DNA of 63,065 nucleotides, counting the filler, from Basidiobolus ranarum (Eukaryota): the NCBI GenBank assembly GCA_040143965.1. It is 41 parts of 41 records of this genome, joined end to end, with 100 filler letters (N's around TTAATTAATTAA, not from the genome) between each part and the next. Parts side by side here need not be neighbours in the genome. Positions count along the whole stretch, not along the records: positions 49,343 to 50,779 come from JASJQH010012070.1; positions 50,880 to 52,316 come from JASJQH010012071.1; positions 52,417 to 53,852 come from JASJQH010012072.1; positions 53,953 to 55,388 come from JASJQH010012073.1; positions 55,489 to 56,924 come from JASJQH010012074.1; positions 57,025 to 58,460 come from JASJQH010012075.1; positions 58,561 to 59,995 come from JASJQH010012076.1; positions 60,096 to 61,530 come from JASJQH010012077.1; 33 more parts are not named here. One strand, written 5' to 3'. The notes under the pieces are model-generated. The model was given only the letters and a program-made list of their open reading frames with translations, had not been told where the DNA came from and did no database searches. Shown here in pieces: positions 49,343-61,989 of this stretch. Both the position numbers and the translations under genes were made by a program. Position 1 is the stretch's first letter; every line of letters starts with the position of its first letter.

Positions 49343-50779
49343 TAGTTTGCTGGTAAAGCATATTGATGTTGTTGAGTTATGTCTAATCAGTCAAATATGT
49401 GCATATGTAGAGACTAAACACAACAAGATTCTTGTATTTTTTGATTCTCATTTCTGGCTGGAATACAAAGCCTAAAATATCTAAATAAAGGCATGCATAT
49501 TAAATCAAATTCCCACAGCAGTAAACCCAGTAATTTGCTATTTGAAAATTGTATTTTTGCTAAAATTGCTGGATATTGAATAATGCATGCCAAATTTGAG
49601 GATCAATATTTTAACATGTATGAATACCACCAAGATACCATCAAGAAACTGCCGTCACACCATCAAAATCCCTGGCAGAATGCCAGCCAGCAATATTGTG
49701 ATGGTTCTATGATGGTTTTGCTATTTTGGAGGGTGGATCCAATCTGGATCAAATTGATTTTATTTTTGTTAGGGATAGTTGCTGCTTACACCCTAGATCA
49801 ACTACACTGTCAAGACCATCAACTTCCAAAATGGCTACTTTGCCCACTATTGAACAACCCTCCACAGAAAATTTGGATAGAATTATTAAAACAAGGGCAT
49901 TGCAGGCAGAACACCATAATGATTTGTATGCAATCATAAGTAAAAACTACAAAGTTGCTATACAGGCAATGACAAGCAATAATGCCTCAATGTTGCAGTG
50001 CTTTGAAGCAACTAGTCAACAGTTAGATAATCACTCAACAATGATACAAGATCTTCAGAATGCTGTACTTGAGCCACAGCAGCATGCTGCTCCCTCCATT
50101 CATTCTCATATGAGATTTTAATCAATCCCACACCATACATATGAACATCACCATGACAATCTAGCAGATCAGAATATATGTTGGACCATTAAGCCTACAG
50201 AACAACCCAAAATTGCTTGGGCACATGAAAGTAGAAATCTCATAGGAAAACCAGCAAATTACAAGACTCTAAGTATCAGAGCTGCTGTCACTTGCTCTGA
50301 TGATGAGTGGCTTAAAACTTTGGAAACTGTGTGGAATCTTGCCCAAAATCACCTGGATTTGAGCCAATCATGGAAAAACCAAAAACCAGGTGTTACTCTG
50401 AAGGTTCTTGACTTATTTCATATGGCTTATCTTGGGTTTTTGCTAGCAAATGGCAATTGGGCCAGTATAGGGCTATTCATGAAACATTTCAAAAATGTAT
50501 TCAATTGTCAACTTTGAAAAGAAAGAAAAGCAGCTAAAGAAGTACTGAAGGAGCAGGAAGTTAATAAACTGAAGGGAAAAGCAAAGGAGCTGGTGAGTTT
50601 AGGCTCTACTGTCCTACTTACCAAATTCTTCACACCATTATGAAGATCTGCATTTCCAGAGTCAGATATACTGGCAAAAAAGCTTAATTTCACCATGGAA
50701 CCAGGTATACCAGTTGGAAGAGTACTAAATTTGGAAGTTTATCCAACACCTGGCACTTCTCAACAAGCCAAAACACCAG
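49343..50779 (+). mobile_element. CACTA right end (49774) and middle of the accessory ORF
   Basis: TIR motif; ORFs 49726..50121 and 50320..50517. Confidence 0.85.
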
Positions 50780-50879
50780 NNNNNNNNNNNNNNNNNNNNN
50801 NNNNNNNNNNNNNNNNNNNNNNNTTAATTAATTAANNNNNNNNNNNNNNNNNNNNNNNNNNNNNNNNNNNNNNNNNNNN

Positions 50880-51075
50880 AATAACGCATGCCAAATTTGA
50901 GGATCAATATTTTAACATGTATGAATACCGCCAAGATACCGTCAAGAAACCGCCGTCACACCATCAAAATCCCTGGCAGAATGCAAGCCAATGATATTGT
51001 GACGGTTCTCTGACGGTTTTGCTATTTCGGAGGGTGGATCCGATCCGGATCAAATCGATTTTATTTTTGTTAGGG
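50880..51075 (+). mobile_element. CpG-retaining (young) CACTA right end
   Basis: Has CG where other copies have TG or CA; ends TTTTTGTTAGGG. Confidence 0.9.
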
Positions 51076-52316
51076 ATCCACATGCAAATGGGATTGGATA
51101 TAATCTTTTTATCAGGTCATTCTCAAGTGATGTTGAAACCAGTATATGCTTTTGGCAGGCACCAGCATATTTTCAATAGAAAGCTGGACATTGCATTATG
51201 GTTTATCAGTCCTTAGACATTTCTAGAGGCTAGATTCCCTTTCACAAAGACCCAAGAGGCAAGAGACAGACCTATATTACAGTACATCCCAGAGTTATTC
51301 AATCATGGTTATTGCACCCTTTGAACACCTCATAAAACTCTTAGGATATTGCTGTTATAGTTGCTGCTTACACCCTGAAAAAATAACACTAGACAATGAA
51401 AAGTGGTTTAAAAAACCCTGTTATGGTGTATCAACTACAAAAATAACTGTATAGACTAAGTAAGCACCAAGGGTATGTTACAACAAGAGAGTCACTTATT
51501 TGGAAAAAATAAGTGTGGAGATGTGATTTTTCATGAAAAAGCAAATTCTTCATCTCAAATAACAGTTTTTGATATAGAAGGCACAATCAGCACTTTTCAG
51601 GAAGAGTCTGACAAGATTCCAGTGATATAAGAGCCCAATTGAACCAAAACCCCAGCCCCAAATACATTGAAGGCTGATTTAGGACCCAACATATTAATCA
51701 TATGGAGAAATCAGCCAGTGAACTGGTGGAACACTATCAATAATAATATATATACTTATGCAGCATTCTGTAACAAACTACAGACTCTAGATAAAGCTCT
51801 GGAGTGTCCAGAATAGAAATTATGGGGAAAAGCCATGACTAATTTGTTTTCTTCTACCCAGGACAATAAAAAATGTGTTTGAAGTCCACTATCTTTAAGG
51901 AGAAAGCCAATACATTGCAAATGGGTCTACTAAGTCCAAAACTTAGCTGATTAAAGCATAGAAAGTTACAGAATATGATCAGTAGCAAAAGGTAAATCCC
52001 AGACTCAAGGAGGTAAAATTATAAGTCATTTGCTCCAGTAACTATGCTCAGCTCCATTAGGTCAACCCTGGTACTCTCAGCTATCCATAAACTTGCCTAG
52101 CATCAGATGGATGTAAAAATAGACTTTCTTACTAGAAATCTAGAAGAGATATATACGGAGCAACCAGATAGATTTGTTGACCCAAAACACCCCATATGCT
52201 CTGTAAACTGCAAACATCACTGTGTGGACTCAGCAAGTGCCCAGGGCATAGTACAAAAACTTAGGTACCTATGTTGACTCACTGAAATTCCAAAATTGCA
52301 CTGCAGATTAAAGTAG
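51076..52316 (+). mobile_element. Heavily decayed copia integrase to RT
   Basis: KPIHCKWVY and HQMDVKIDFL..LEE motifs. Confidence 0.75.
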
Positions 52317-52416
52317 NNNNNNNNNNNNNNNNNNNNNNNNNNNNNNNNNNNNNNNNNNNNTTAATTAATTAANNNNNNNNNNNNNNNNNNNNNNNNNNNN
52401 NNNNNNNNNNNNNNNN

Positions 52417-52500
52417 AAGTACAAAGTTCTTGATTTTCTTGCTGAAGCTGAGTAAGAGCTTGCATAATATCTTCCATTGTGGGGGCTGGTGTAGACATAA
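52417..52500 (-). mobile_element. Possible gypsy gag N-terminus
   Basis: MSTPAPTMEDIMQALTQLQQENQEL, coiled-coil start typical of fungal gypsy gag; CpG-poor; no diagnostic motif. Confidence 0.4.
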
Positions 52501-52799
52501 TACTTACTATGCTGGGAGGGGGAAGTTTTTCAAAACCACTTGTTTCTCTAGGAAGTATTACCACAATGCAATGTCCAACTTTCTGTTGAAGAAATGATTG
52601 GCGCCTTAACAAAAGAATATGCTGGTATCAATATCCTTTGATCTTGATCAAGTACTAAAGCTTCTTTGATCAAAAACAACTGTAAACTCAACCAGTAGTG
52701 TCTTGACAAGGATGCACTGCAAGCAATTATCCAAAGGTGGAAGGTTCCTTTGCCTTAACAGGGTAGCTTGTCAATTTTGTGCACTTATTACTGATGATG

Positions 52800-53852
52800 T
52801 TGCCCAGGTTTTATTCAGCTGGTGGCTTTATACAGTGACCATGCTTGTGATAATTTTTTCTATGGAGCCTCTGGCTTTCATAGCACAAGAATATGTGACA
52901 ATAATAGCAGGGCTTCTTTAAGTGTTTTGGTTGTGGCATCAGAATGATATTGTACAAAAAAGAACACCCCCTACATAAGGGTGGCATTTTAGATATATCC
53001 CATCAATATCATCAACTGACTCGGAGACAGTGTCACAGATGAGAAATTAAGGAATTTACAAGATTTTTTTGGTAATGGAAGGCAACTTTGATTTCTTATA
53101 AGCTGTTTCTAAGCAATTTGATTGCACCAAGTTTACAATCAAAAATTACAATGCCATTCAAAAAGCATTCAAAATCTAAATCAAAATAGGCTTCCAAGAA
53201 AAAGCCTGCTGGCACAAAAGAAAAAAACCAACATGAATGGAGGACTTAATTGATGAGCAGTCTAGCAATCCACTATCCACTTTAGAAGGTATTAACAAAC
53301 CAGAAACCAACTCAAATAATGAGGAAGCATTAATCAATTTACCAGGTGTGTTGCGTTCAGCAATAGTGCAAGTGAGCAGAATGTAATCTCCCAATTACAT
53401 AATAACTCAATAGTTGATCAAAGTTGGGTAGAAACAATGTCATTACCATCAACTTCCAAAATGGCTACTTGGCCAACTATGAAACAACCCTCCATAGAAG
53501 ATCAGGATGGAATTATTACTACAAGGGAATTGCAGGCAGAACACTGTAACAATTTGTATGCAATCATAAGTAAAAGCTTCAAAGTTGCATTACAGGCCAT
53601 GACAAGCAATAATGCCACAATATTGCAATTAATGCAGCATTCAGAAGCAACTATTCAACAGTTAGAGAGTCACTCAACAATGATACAGGACCTTCAGAAT
53701 GCTGTACTTGAGCTACAGCATCATTCTCCCTAACAACAATAAAGTCAATTTGATCCAGATTGGATCCTCCCTCCAAAAGTGCAAAACCATCAGAGAACTG
53801 TCACAACATTGGTAGCTTGCATTCGGCCAGGGATTACGGCAGCTTCTTGATG
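52800..53852. mobile_element. CACTA family A centre plus inverted right end at 53728
   Basis: ORF 53437..53733; CCCTAACAACAAT at 53728. Confidence 0.85.
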
Positions 53853-53952
53853 NNNNNNNNNNNNNNNNNNNNNNNNNNNNNNNNNNNNNNNNNNNNTTAA
53901 TTAATTAANNNNNNNNNNNNNNNNNNNNNNNNNNNNNNNNNNNNNNNNNNNN

Positions 53953-54292
53953 CATAGCTTTGGTTTCCTAAAGAGATATAATATTGTAGCAGGAAAGTAA
54001 AGAGGAAAATCTTTTTGTGGGCCTCAATCAAAGTCAGGCAAAGTAGTCAAAATCTTGATTAATTCTGAATACATTCATACTCAAATAAGTCCATTGAGAG
54101 CTCTAGACTTAAGACACTACGAATAAAGCTTTCAGCATCTTTTGAATGTGCAGTAATGTCCAGAAGTACTTTTCCTAAATATACCTCATAAGTAAAACTA
54201 CTGTTTCTGAAATGATAAATAACATCAAGCCAGATAGTGCCCAATTGTGCCAATTTGTGCTGGCACACTTTTTAGCTGGCCTGATCTGGCTC
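53953..54292 (+). mobile_element. 3' part of the IS5/Harbinger-like element
   Basis: 53953-54070 is the reverse complement of 26251-26370; the remainder matches 18255-18438 inverted. Confidence 0.7.
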
Positions 54293-54597
54293 TATGAAAT
54301 GGAGTCAGTCTATTCTCCTGAATAATTTTACGGAGTTCTTCATATGCAAAGTTTAACTCATAAAACACAAGTTTGTATCAATATCTTCATCAAAGCCAAT
54401 CAATGTATTATCATTGCTGAATCAACATTCTTCCAGCTATTTGGTAAATTTCCTGCAATATTGTACCACTCTGTTTTAAGTTCTTTCCTGGTATCTGCAT
54501 GGTCAACACCAGACTGAGTCTCAAGTTGAATGTTCTTTTTCTGAAGCCACTCTCTGCACACTTGTACTGTGTTTTTCTCTTCATACTTTTAAAATAC

Positions 54598-55388
54598 TGA
54601 TAAAAGCATTTAGGGGATTAGGAAATGTTTTGGACAAGATTTCAATTTGTCAATAAAATACTTAAGTTTTATAGAGTTGAATATGTCTTATTTGTAGTTT
54701 ATTATGAAATAGGACTATTGGATGTGCTTACATCATAACAAACATTCCTGTTAAGCATGGTTGAAATTTGAGATGATTTGGAGAAGTTTTGAGAAAATAG
54801 TGAATGGTGGTAAAAGTGATCTAGTTGATATTTCTATCAATTAGAGCAATAAACAAACATTTTTCAATGACAGAATTGAGTGCTAAATAATCAGAACATG
54901 AGTAAGCAAACTTGTAAATATTGAGTTGCTATTTACCTAATTTGAACTTTCCCACTAAACTAATTATTTTGTATTTCTTTTAAAGCTAACTTAAATTTTC
55001 ATAATTCAAATTGTGCTTTAGCTAAAGGTTTGGTTAGAATGTCACAGTCATTTCTTCTGTACGGCAATAGACAAGTTTAATTATATCATTCTCTATGGTT
55101 TCTCTAACAAAACAATTCTTAATATTCAAATATTTTGTTCTAGCATGAAATGTAGGATTTTTAGCTAATGAAATACAACTTTGATTATTTTCAGCTACAG
55201 TAACAGCACATTTTGCATGTATCCTAAGTCTGTATATGACTCCCTTAATCACATAGCTTCTTGCGTAGTAGCAGAGGCAGCCATATACTCTGCTTCTGTA
55301 GTGGAAAGTGTCACAGTTGGTTGCTCTTACTATTCTAAGATATAGTTCCATTACAATAGAGAAAAGTGTACCTAGTTATAGATCTCCT
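54598..55388 (-). mobile_element. Copia RNase H and 3' LTR-D, adjoining a CACTA fragment (54305-54597)
   Basis: NNQSCISLAKNPTFHARTKY; LTR homologous to 11842-12193. Confidence 0.85.
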
Positions 55389-55488
55389 NNNNNNNNNNNN
55401 NNNNNNNNNNNNNNNNNNNNNNNNNNNNNNNNTTAATTAATTAANNNNNNNNNNNNNNNNNNNNNNNNNNNNNNNNNNNNNNNNNNNN

Positions 55489-56890
55489 GTGGGCCATCTT
55501 TGTTAGATGGTCAACAATTACCAGAATTGAATCATATTTGGCAGACAAGGGTAGATCAGTTATGAAATCCAGGGATATGGATTTCCACTGCTGATCAGGG
55601 ATTGGAAGAGGCTGTAGGAGGCCATAGGGCTGATGTCTTGGAGTCTTCACTCAAGCACTAGTATCACAAATCAAAACATACATCTTGACAAATGCAAACA
55701 TTTTGGGCCACCAAAAATCCCTGGATGCCAACATATATGATTTGGCAACACCAAAGTGTCCTGCCAGTGGTGAGTCATGTCTTTCCTGCTTGATTTTGAG
55801 TCTAGAAGTGTGGTCTGGAATGTAAAGTCACTTCTTATAAAATAAGATATCATTGATGATGGAGAAATGGCAGTACAGGTTCAAGCTTGAGAGGTCTTTG
55901 GGTGTTTCCTGGGCTTTCTTGATTGATATTACCAATGCATCTTCAGACTGAAGTATGTGGATGTTTTCATGGAATGTGCTTGAACTAGACAGAGAAAGGG
56001 CAGTTGTACTAATTTGAAGTTGGTGGGACTTCAGTAAGGAAGTATTTTGTTGGCCAAAGGCCTCATCCCCTTCTTCAGGCTGATATACTGCTCTAAGTGA
56101 TACAGCATCAGGCTTTCCTTGCTGGCTACCTGGTCAATATGTGATCACAAAATCAAACTGGCAAGAAATAATGACCATCTTGCTTGACTATGGTTTAGAA
56201 CTTTGGTAGTACTAAAATACTGAAGATTCTTGTGATCACAATAAACTATGATTTTGTGATTTGCTCCATCCAAGTATTGTTGCCATTGTTCAAACACAGC
56301 AATAATTGCTAATAGTTCCTTGTCATAGATGTCATAGTTGATTTCTGTGGCAGAGAACTTTCTTGAGTAAAAGGCAACAGGGTGTAGTAAGTTGTCATCA
56401 TCAAACTGTGATAATACTGCTCCTAGAGCAAAGTTGGATGCATCAGTTTCAGCAATAAATGGCTTGTCTAGCCTGGGATATGCCAGTATTGGTGCTGAGA
56501 TAAAAGCACCCTTTAAACTTACAAATCCATCCTTTCTCTTAACAAACAAGATTGGAGAGCCTGCTGGGGACTTTGAATGTTGGATGAATCCTTTCTCTAG
56601 ATTTTCTGCAATATACTCTTTCAGAATCCTGAGTTCTAGCTGGGTCAGCCCATGTATAGGCCCTAATGGTGGTTGTTTTCCTTCTTGTAGATCTATAGTG
56701 CAATCATATGGGTGGTGAGCTGGGAGTATATCAGATTTCTTCTGGTCAAAGACATCAGCAAAGGCTTGGTATTTGGGTGGGAGCTGATGAACCATAGGGT
56801 TTGTTGGTTTCAGCTCTTCAGCAATACTGTCAACGGATATTGGCTTTATAGATGTTTTTAGGAGTTGGGCTGGTGATGAGTTGAATACTT
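55489..56890 (-). mobile_element. Ty3/gypsy pol relic (RT start, internal deletion, RNase H, integrase)
   Basis: SKSPAGSPILFVKRKDG fused to APILAYP..ETDASNFALGAVL..YDKELLAI..DHKNL; GLLQPLPIP..WKSISLDFITDLP. Confidence 0.93.
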
Positions 56891-57157
56891 TGCCCCTAAC
56901 AGAAATTGGAGGATTGTTATTGTANNNNNNNNNNNNNNNNNNNNNNNNNNNNNNNNNNNNNNNNNNNNTTAATTAATTAANNNNNNNNNNNNNNNNNNNN
57001 NNNNNNNNNNNNNNNNNNNNNNNNCCATATAAGGTAATCTGGATGAACTGACACCAGATTGCCAAGAAGGGATGGCACAATAGATATGATGCCATAATCT
57101 AATAATAGAAGAGTTCCATATGCAGTGGATCAGTAAGCCAAGATCAGGATCATGACA

Positions 57158-58460
57158 ATGAGCACATTGAAAAGTGCTCTTTGCTGGAAGGTAAATATAC
57201 TTTGGAGTCACCTTAACCCATTGAATTACATCCATCACTGATTCAGCTGATACATTGTTAATCAGATCAGAATATGGTAACACTGACAGTTTGACATGTA
57301 GCATGATTTCTATATAGGTGTGGTCCATTGGGAACTCCTAGAATGTATAGCAAAGGCCTATAATCTCTAAGCATTGTGAAACATGTAACAGCAAATATAT
57401 TGAATAACAGCAAATATTCAGTCTATCTTCTTTAAACCTGTAATAAAGTTTTTCATATCAAATCGCAAAATCCTTGCACAGCTGCTGTATCTGCCTGAGA
57501 TCTGCTAATGTGAGTTCATGCCATAAGAATGTATTGACAATATTGATAAATAACTGCCAATGTTGCCAATACTTATTAGGCAGAATTCTTTTCAAATTCC
57601 ACTTGAATATACACAAATCCAATACCTCCAGTCTTTGCTTTTGAATAAGTGCCTCAATGAGTGGGTCTTGATGGAGGTACTAGTAAAATATGATGGTATC
57701 TTGACATTTTCAAATATTTTCCCATTGATTCAGACTTTGATTGTCTGTTGAATGGCTGATTCATATTAATTTTCCACTAAATAACTGAGTAAGTAGTATT
57801 GGAATGTTGTTGAATAGCAAGGGCATAGTTCCTCCTAACAGAACTTTGAGGATTGTTATTGTAGGAAAACCAACACAATTTTAATCCATGTGGGATTGAA
57901 TGTTTACTTACCATCATAAATTCTTCAAGTTAGAATTGATTTTAATCAATTCTTTCAGTTTCAGGAGTGAATTTTCAGGAGCTTGCAAAATAGTTGCAAA
58001 TGATTGGCTACAATCTCAGAGAACTATAAATCAACACATGTGCAAAAAACTTAACTGAAGTTTTACACAATTACTGCTTGAATGTTAATTTGTCACCTTT
58101 GAAATCCTTAGTCTTTTGATATATTCTTCTGAATATTTTTATAGAGTTCTTCATACCCAAGGTTTAGCTCATACCCAATACAAGTTTGTATCAATATCTC
58201 CATCAAAGCCTACCATTGTATTAATGTTGCTGAATCAACATTCTTCCAGCTATCTGGCAGATACCCTGCAATATTGTGCCACTCTGTATTAAGTTCTTCC
58301 CTGATATCTGCATGGTCAACACCAGAGTGAATTTCAAGTTAAATGTTCTGCTTCTGAAGCCACTTTCTGCATACTTGCACTACATTTTTCCCTTCATACT
58401 TTTGAAAATACTCCTCAAGTACTTTTACTATTTTCATATGTCCTTGTAGTGTGACACTAC
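57158..58460. mobile_element. CACTA transposase fragment (-) interrupted by a left end at 57833
   Basis: Homology to 46300-46910 and 34434-35060. Confidence 0.85.
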
Positions 58461-58560
58461 NNNNNNNNNNNNNNNNNNNNNNNNNNNNNNNNNNNNNNNN
58501 NNNNTTAATTAATTAANNNNNNNNNNNNNNNNNNNNNNNNNNNNNNNNNNNNNNNNNNNN

Positions 58561-59995
58561 CACCATCGACTCAGGGCAAACGCCTAACTGGATCAAATGG
58601 TGAGCCAACTGGTTAGCTCTCCTATTGAGTTGGCTGTAAGTGACATATTCAGAGGTCATAAACTGCAATGCTATATTATCCGGATGAAGGTTTGCCTGGA
58701 CTTCGAACGTTTGATGGAAACATGTTTCATTAACTTCCTTATAGTTAGTTAATTGCGATGGGTAAAAAGAGGTTGCGAGATCATCATTCACAGAAATATC
58801 AATAGACTCAAGTTTTGCATTGATTTCGGAGTTTACTAGGCCCTCAAATAGAATTTTGAAGGAGCGGGATAGGTTTTCAGCATGCTCCATTGTTGCCACC
58901 TTTCTGCTTATCGTTAAAATGTAAGACAAATTGGAATCGTTAGAATCCGCTAATAGACCTAGTGGATACTAAATAACTGATTAATTACAGGTTCAAAAAC
59001 ATTCTTAATATATAATCTCCAACTGATCATAAATTGTTTACATACCTCCGTTCTTTCATTACCAGCAAGTGGTATGAGTTGTAAGTTAGTAGTTTTATCC
59101 GGTGATTGAATACCCGTTTTTACACTCTCACTCGCGGCATCAGTTTTGTAGTCCAAAAGTGAATCAATAAGTGGTGATATTCCCGCCCAGCCTTGAATTT
59201 CTCGCAAGCTACTTTGCTGATAAGATAGAGATGAGATGTAATCGCTATGAATGCTCTGAATCCATTCACCTATAGTGGCGCTACCGTCATAACGGACATG
59301 GCATGGTAGCGTGTTAATACAGGGCCCAATCATAGAGGAAACTCCTTCAAGTTCACTGCTTCTTCCACTCACCGTGTAACCAAAGACAACCTCCTCACTT
59401 TGGGTATACTTTCTCAATAGCATGGCCCAGACCGCTTTAAGAAGAGTGAAAATGGTCACCTTGTTCATTTGAGCAAACTGTGTTATGATTTGGATTGGTA
59501 TCTCTATAAATCCGGGGAGGCGAATCATTCCAGACTCGTCATTTGACGCCTCAAGTTTAGGGAAAGATTCAACATCCAACTGTGAAAGTCGATTTTTCCA
59601 GTAAGCCTTCTCTCCAGCAATAAAAGCAGGCGTGCGACTGTGCAGGCTTGCTATGAAGTGTTTGTAAGGGTATGTTTTGGGGCGAGTTTGTTGATTATAA
59701 ACTGCATGAACATCATCAAGAACTAAGTTCCATGAGATTGCATCTAGAATTCCATGATGCCAGCTGATTACAAGCATACTCTTATTCGTGTCTGTTTCCA
59801 TCAGTGCTAATCTCATGTTGGGTTGACCCAAACTGAAATGATTTTGTTTATCCGTGGTCAAGCATGTAGCAGTGGCTTCCGCGATAGAGTCCTCAGTGCA
59901 GTTGATGTGCAACCATTGAGGAGTGTAATCTCTGATAACCACCTGAAAAAAGGCGACACTACTCTCATTCATCACTGGATTCTGAACAAAGACTG
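58561..59995 (-). CDS. Multimodular NRPS fragment: condensation domain and start of the next adenylation domain; one intron at about 58959-59045
   Basis: WHHGILDAISW, VVFGYTVSGRS, IGPCINTLP; FHQTFE..P...A and TYSQLNRRANQLAH (A1); intron GTATGT...CTAG. Confidence 0.93.
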
Positions 59996-60095
59996 NNNNN
60001 NNNNNNNNNNNNNNNNNNNNNNNNNNNNNNNNNNNNNNNTTAATTAATTAANNNNNNNNNNNNNNNNNNNNNNNNNNNNNNNNNNNNNNNNNNNN

Positions 60096-61181
60096 TCCAA
60101 ACAAGGAAAGTCTATTTAGGTATTGACTTTGCACTAGATGCAGGTGGTAAAGGCACAGTTGAACTCAATTTAGACCAAAATTCAGCTACACCATCTGCAA
60201 AATTGGATGATGAACTCTATGTACTAAATATAGCCAAGAATCTACTTGCAGTAAGCCAAGCAACAACTCAAGGACTAAATTTTGTGCTTAGAAAGGCTGG
60301 ATGCACTATCACAGATGAGAATACATCCCAATTAGTCACTGGGATCAAAGCCTAAAGCCTCTACAAGCTAGATATTAGCAAATTGCATTCTTAGCACGCA
60401 AACTTAACCACACAGGTAAAATAAGTTGTCAAACATGGCATAGAATATTATGCCGCTTTAACAAAAAGAAACCAATCCAAATGATATGAAATTAGCCTGT
60501 TTCAGGCTCAGAAATTGAAATATCACCAAACTGGATATGTGGGAAGTTCGGGTATATGAAAAACATCACAGACAGCCATTTTCAAGCTGTGGCAATCAAA
60601 TCTATGCAGAATCTTGCCCTGACTCATTCTGACCAATGTGGGTTTATGAAAAAATCCCACTAGTTGGCAAAAGGTACTTTATGTCCATAACAGATGACAA
60701 AACTAGATATACTTGGGTATTCTTTCCCATATAAAAATCTGAGGCCTTAGCTACATTAAAGCACTATAATAAAATGGTGGAGAAGAATTGAGCACAAAAA
60801 ACAAGGGTACTAAGGAGTAACAATGGCAGAGAATATTGCTCCAAAGACTTTGCTAGTAATTGTTATAAACATGGAATTAAGCAACAAACTGATCATTGAT
60901 ACTCCAGAGCAAAATTGAGTTGCAGAATGTGCTAAAAGGACCGTAGTGGAGGTAACCATATCAATGTTTCATGATCAAATGTCAGATTACCAATATTGGG
61001 CTGAATCAATCCCCACTGTCTATGTCTAAAACATATGCCCAACAAGATTGCTACAAAATTCTATTCCATTTGAAACCCATTAAGGATCAATACCAAGTGT
61101 GGGTCATCTCAGGATCTTTGGTTGCCCAGCATGATGCCTAATTACAGCTCAAACAACTCTAAATTAGAACCTAGAAGAAGA
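60096..61181 (+). mobile_element. Decayed copia protease to integrase
   Basis: Same family as 1547-2992; TDDKTRYTWV and HLRIFGC motifs. Confidence 0.88.
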
Positions 61182-61527
61182 TGCTGAAATTAGGATTGCC
61201 TAAACACCTATATAGTCATATATAACCTAGTACTTTGTTATCTTACAACTCACTAAGATATTATCAATTATTCTCAATTGGAATTTACTTAGAATATTTT
61301 TACCAACTTAGATGTTCTCATATATAGATTTTTCAAACTTGTGCCAGAAGCCCCAAACTTTGCACACATGTTCCTGGGATCTTCCTTAACACATTCTACA
61401 TGTTAGTTGGCTTACATCCTGACAAAACTATAAATGTCAACTTTCTACTCAATAAATCAATAAGTGAAAACCACCAATTCCTCTAATTCTCCAAACCACT
61501 TCCAACAGGCTCCCAAATACTTTAACA
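61182..61527 (+). mobile_element. LTR family B, probably solo, inserted in a copia integrase
   Basis: TGCTGAAATTAG...TACTTTAACA, 346 bp, homologous to 39058-39403. Confidence 0.88.
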
Positions 61528-61989
61528 GATNNNNNNNNNNNNNNNNNNNNNNNNNNNNNNNNNNNNNNNNNNNNTTAATTAATTAANNNNNNNNNNNNNN
61601 NNNNNNNNNNNNNNNNNNNNNNNNNNNNNNGGCCTAAAAACATGTGAATGTCTTGGTTATACATTTGATTGGGTAAGTTACAGTATAAATTGTTTATTGT
61701 TACACATTCATTAATTTGTAAGTTACTAACTAGGGGATAAACTTTCTTTGTTAGCTACCCAAAATCTTAATTTGGCAACACTAAATTGGGTGACTTAGTA
61801 TGGGCTGGCACAATATCTCCAATAAAATCATCATGTCCAAATATGGTGGGATAGTGCCATATTGTTCCTTATAGTGTCCAATCAAGTGTTATAGGACCCA
61901 GCCATGGTAATTGACAGATTGTGCCAGATGGTGTACTAGCAGGCTGGATCAAGTGGCACAATCTGACCTGGTCTAATGGAACAAGTCTA

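Noticed and set aside
50880-51075. Classical CpA-to-TpA RIP
   Set aside because: Differences between copies centre on CpG and CA/TG dinucleotides remain abundant; not quantified.
6185-59995. Biosynthetic cluster linking the NRPS-like genes, transporter, GATA factor and NRPS
   Set aside because: These lie on separate length-sorted contigs; there is no evidence of physical linkage.
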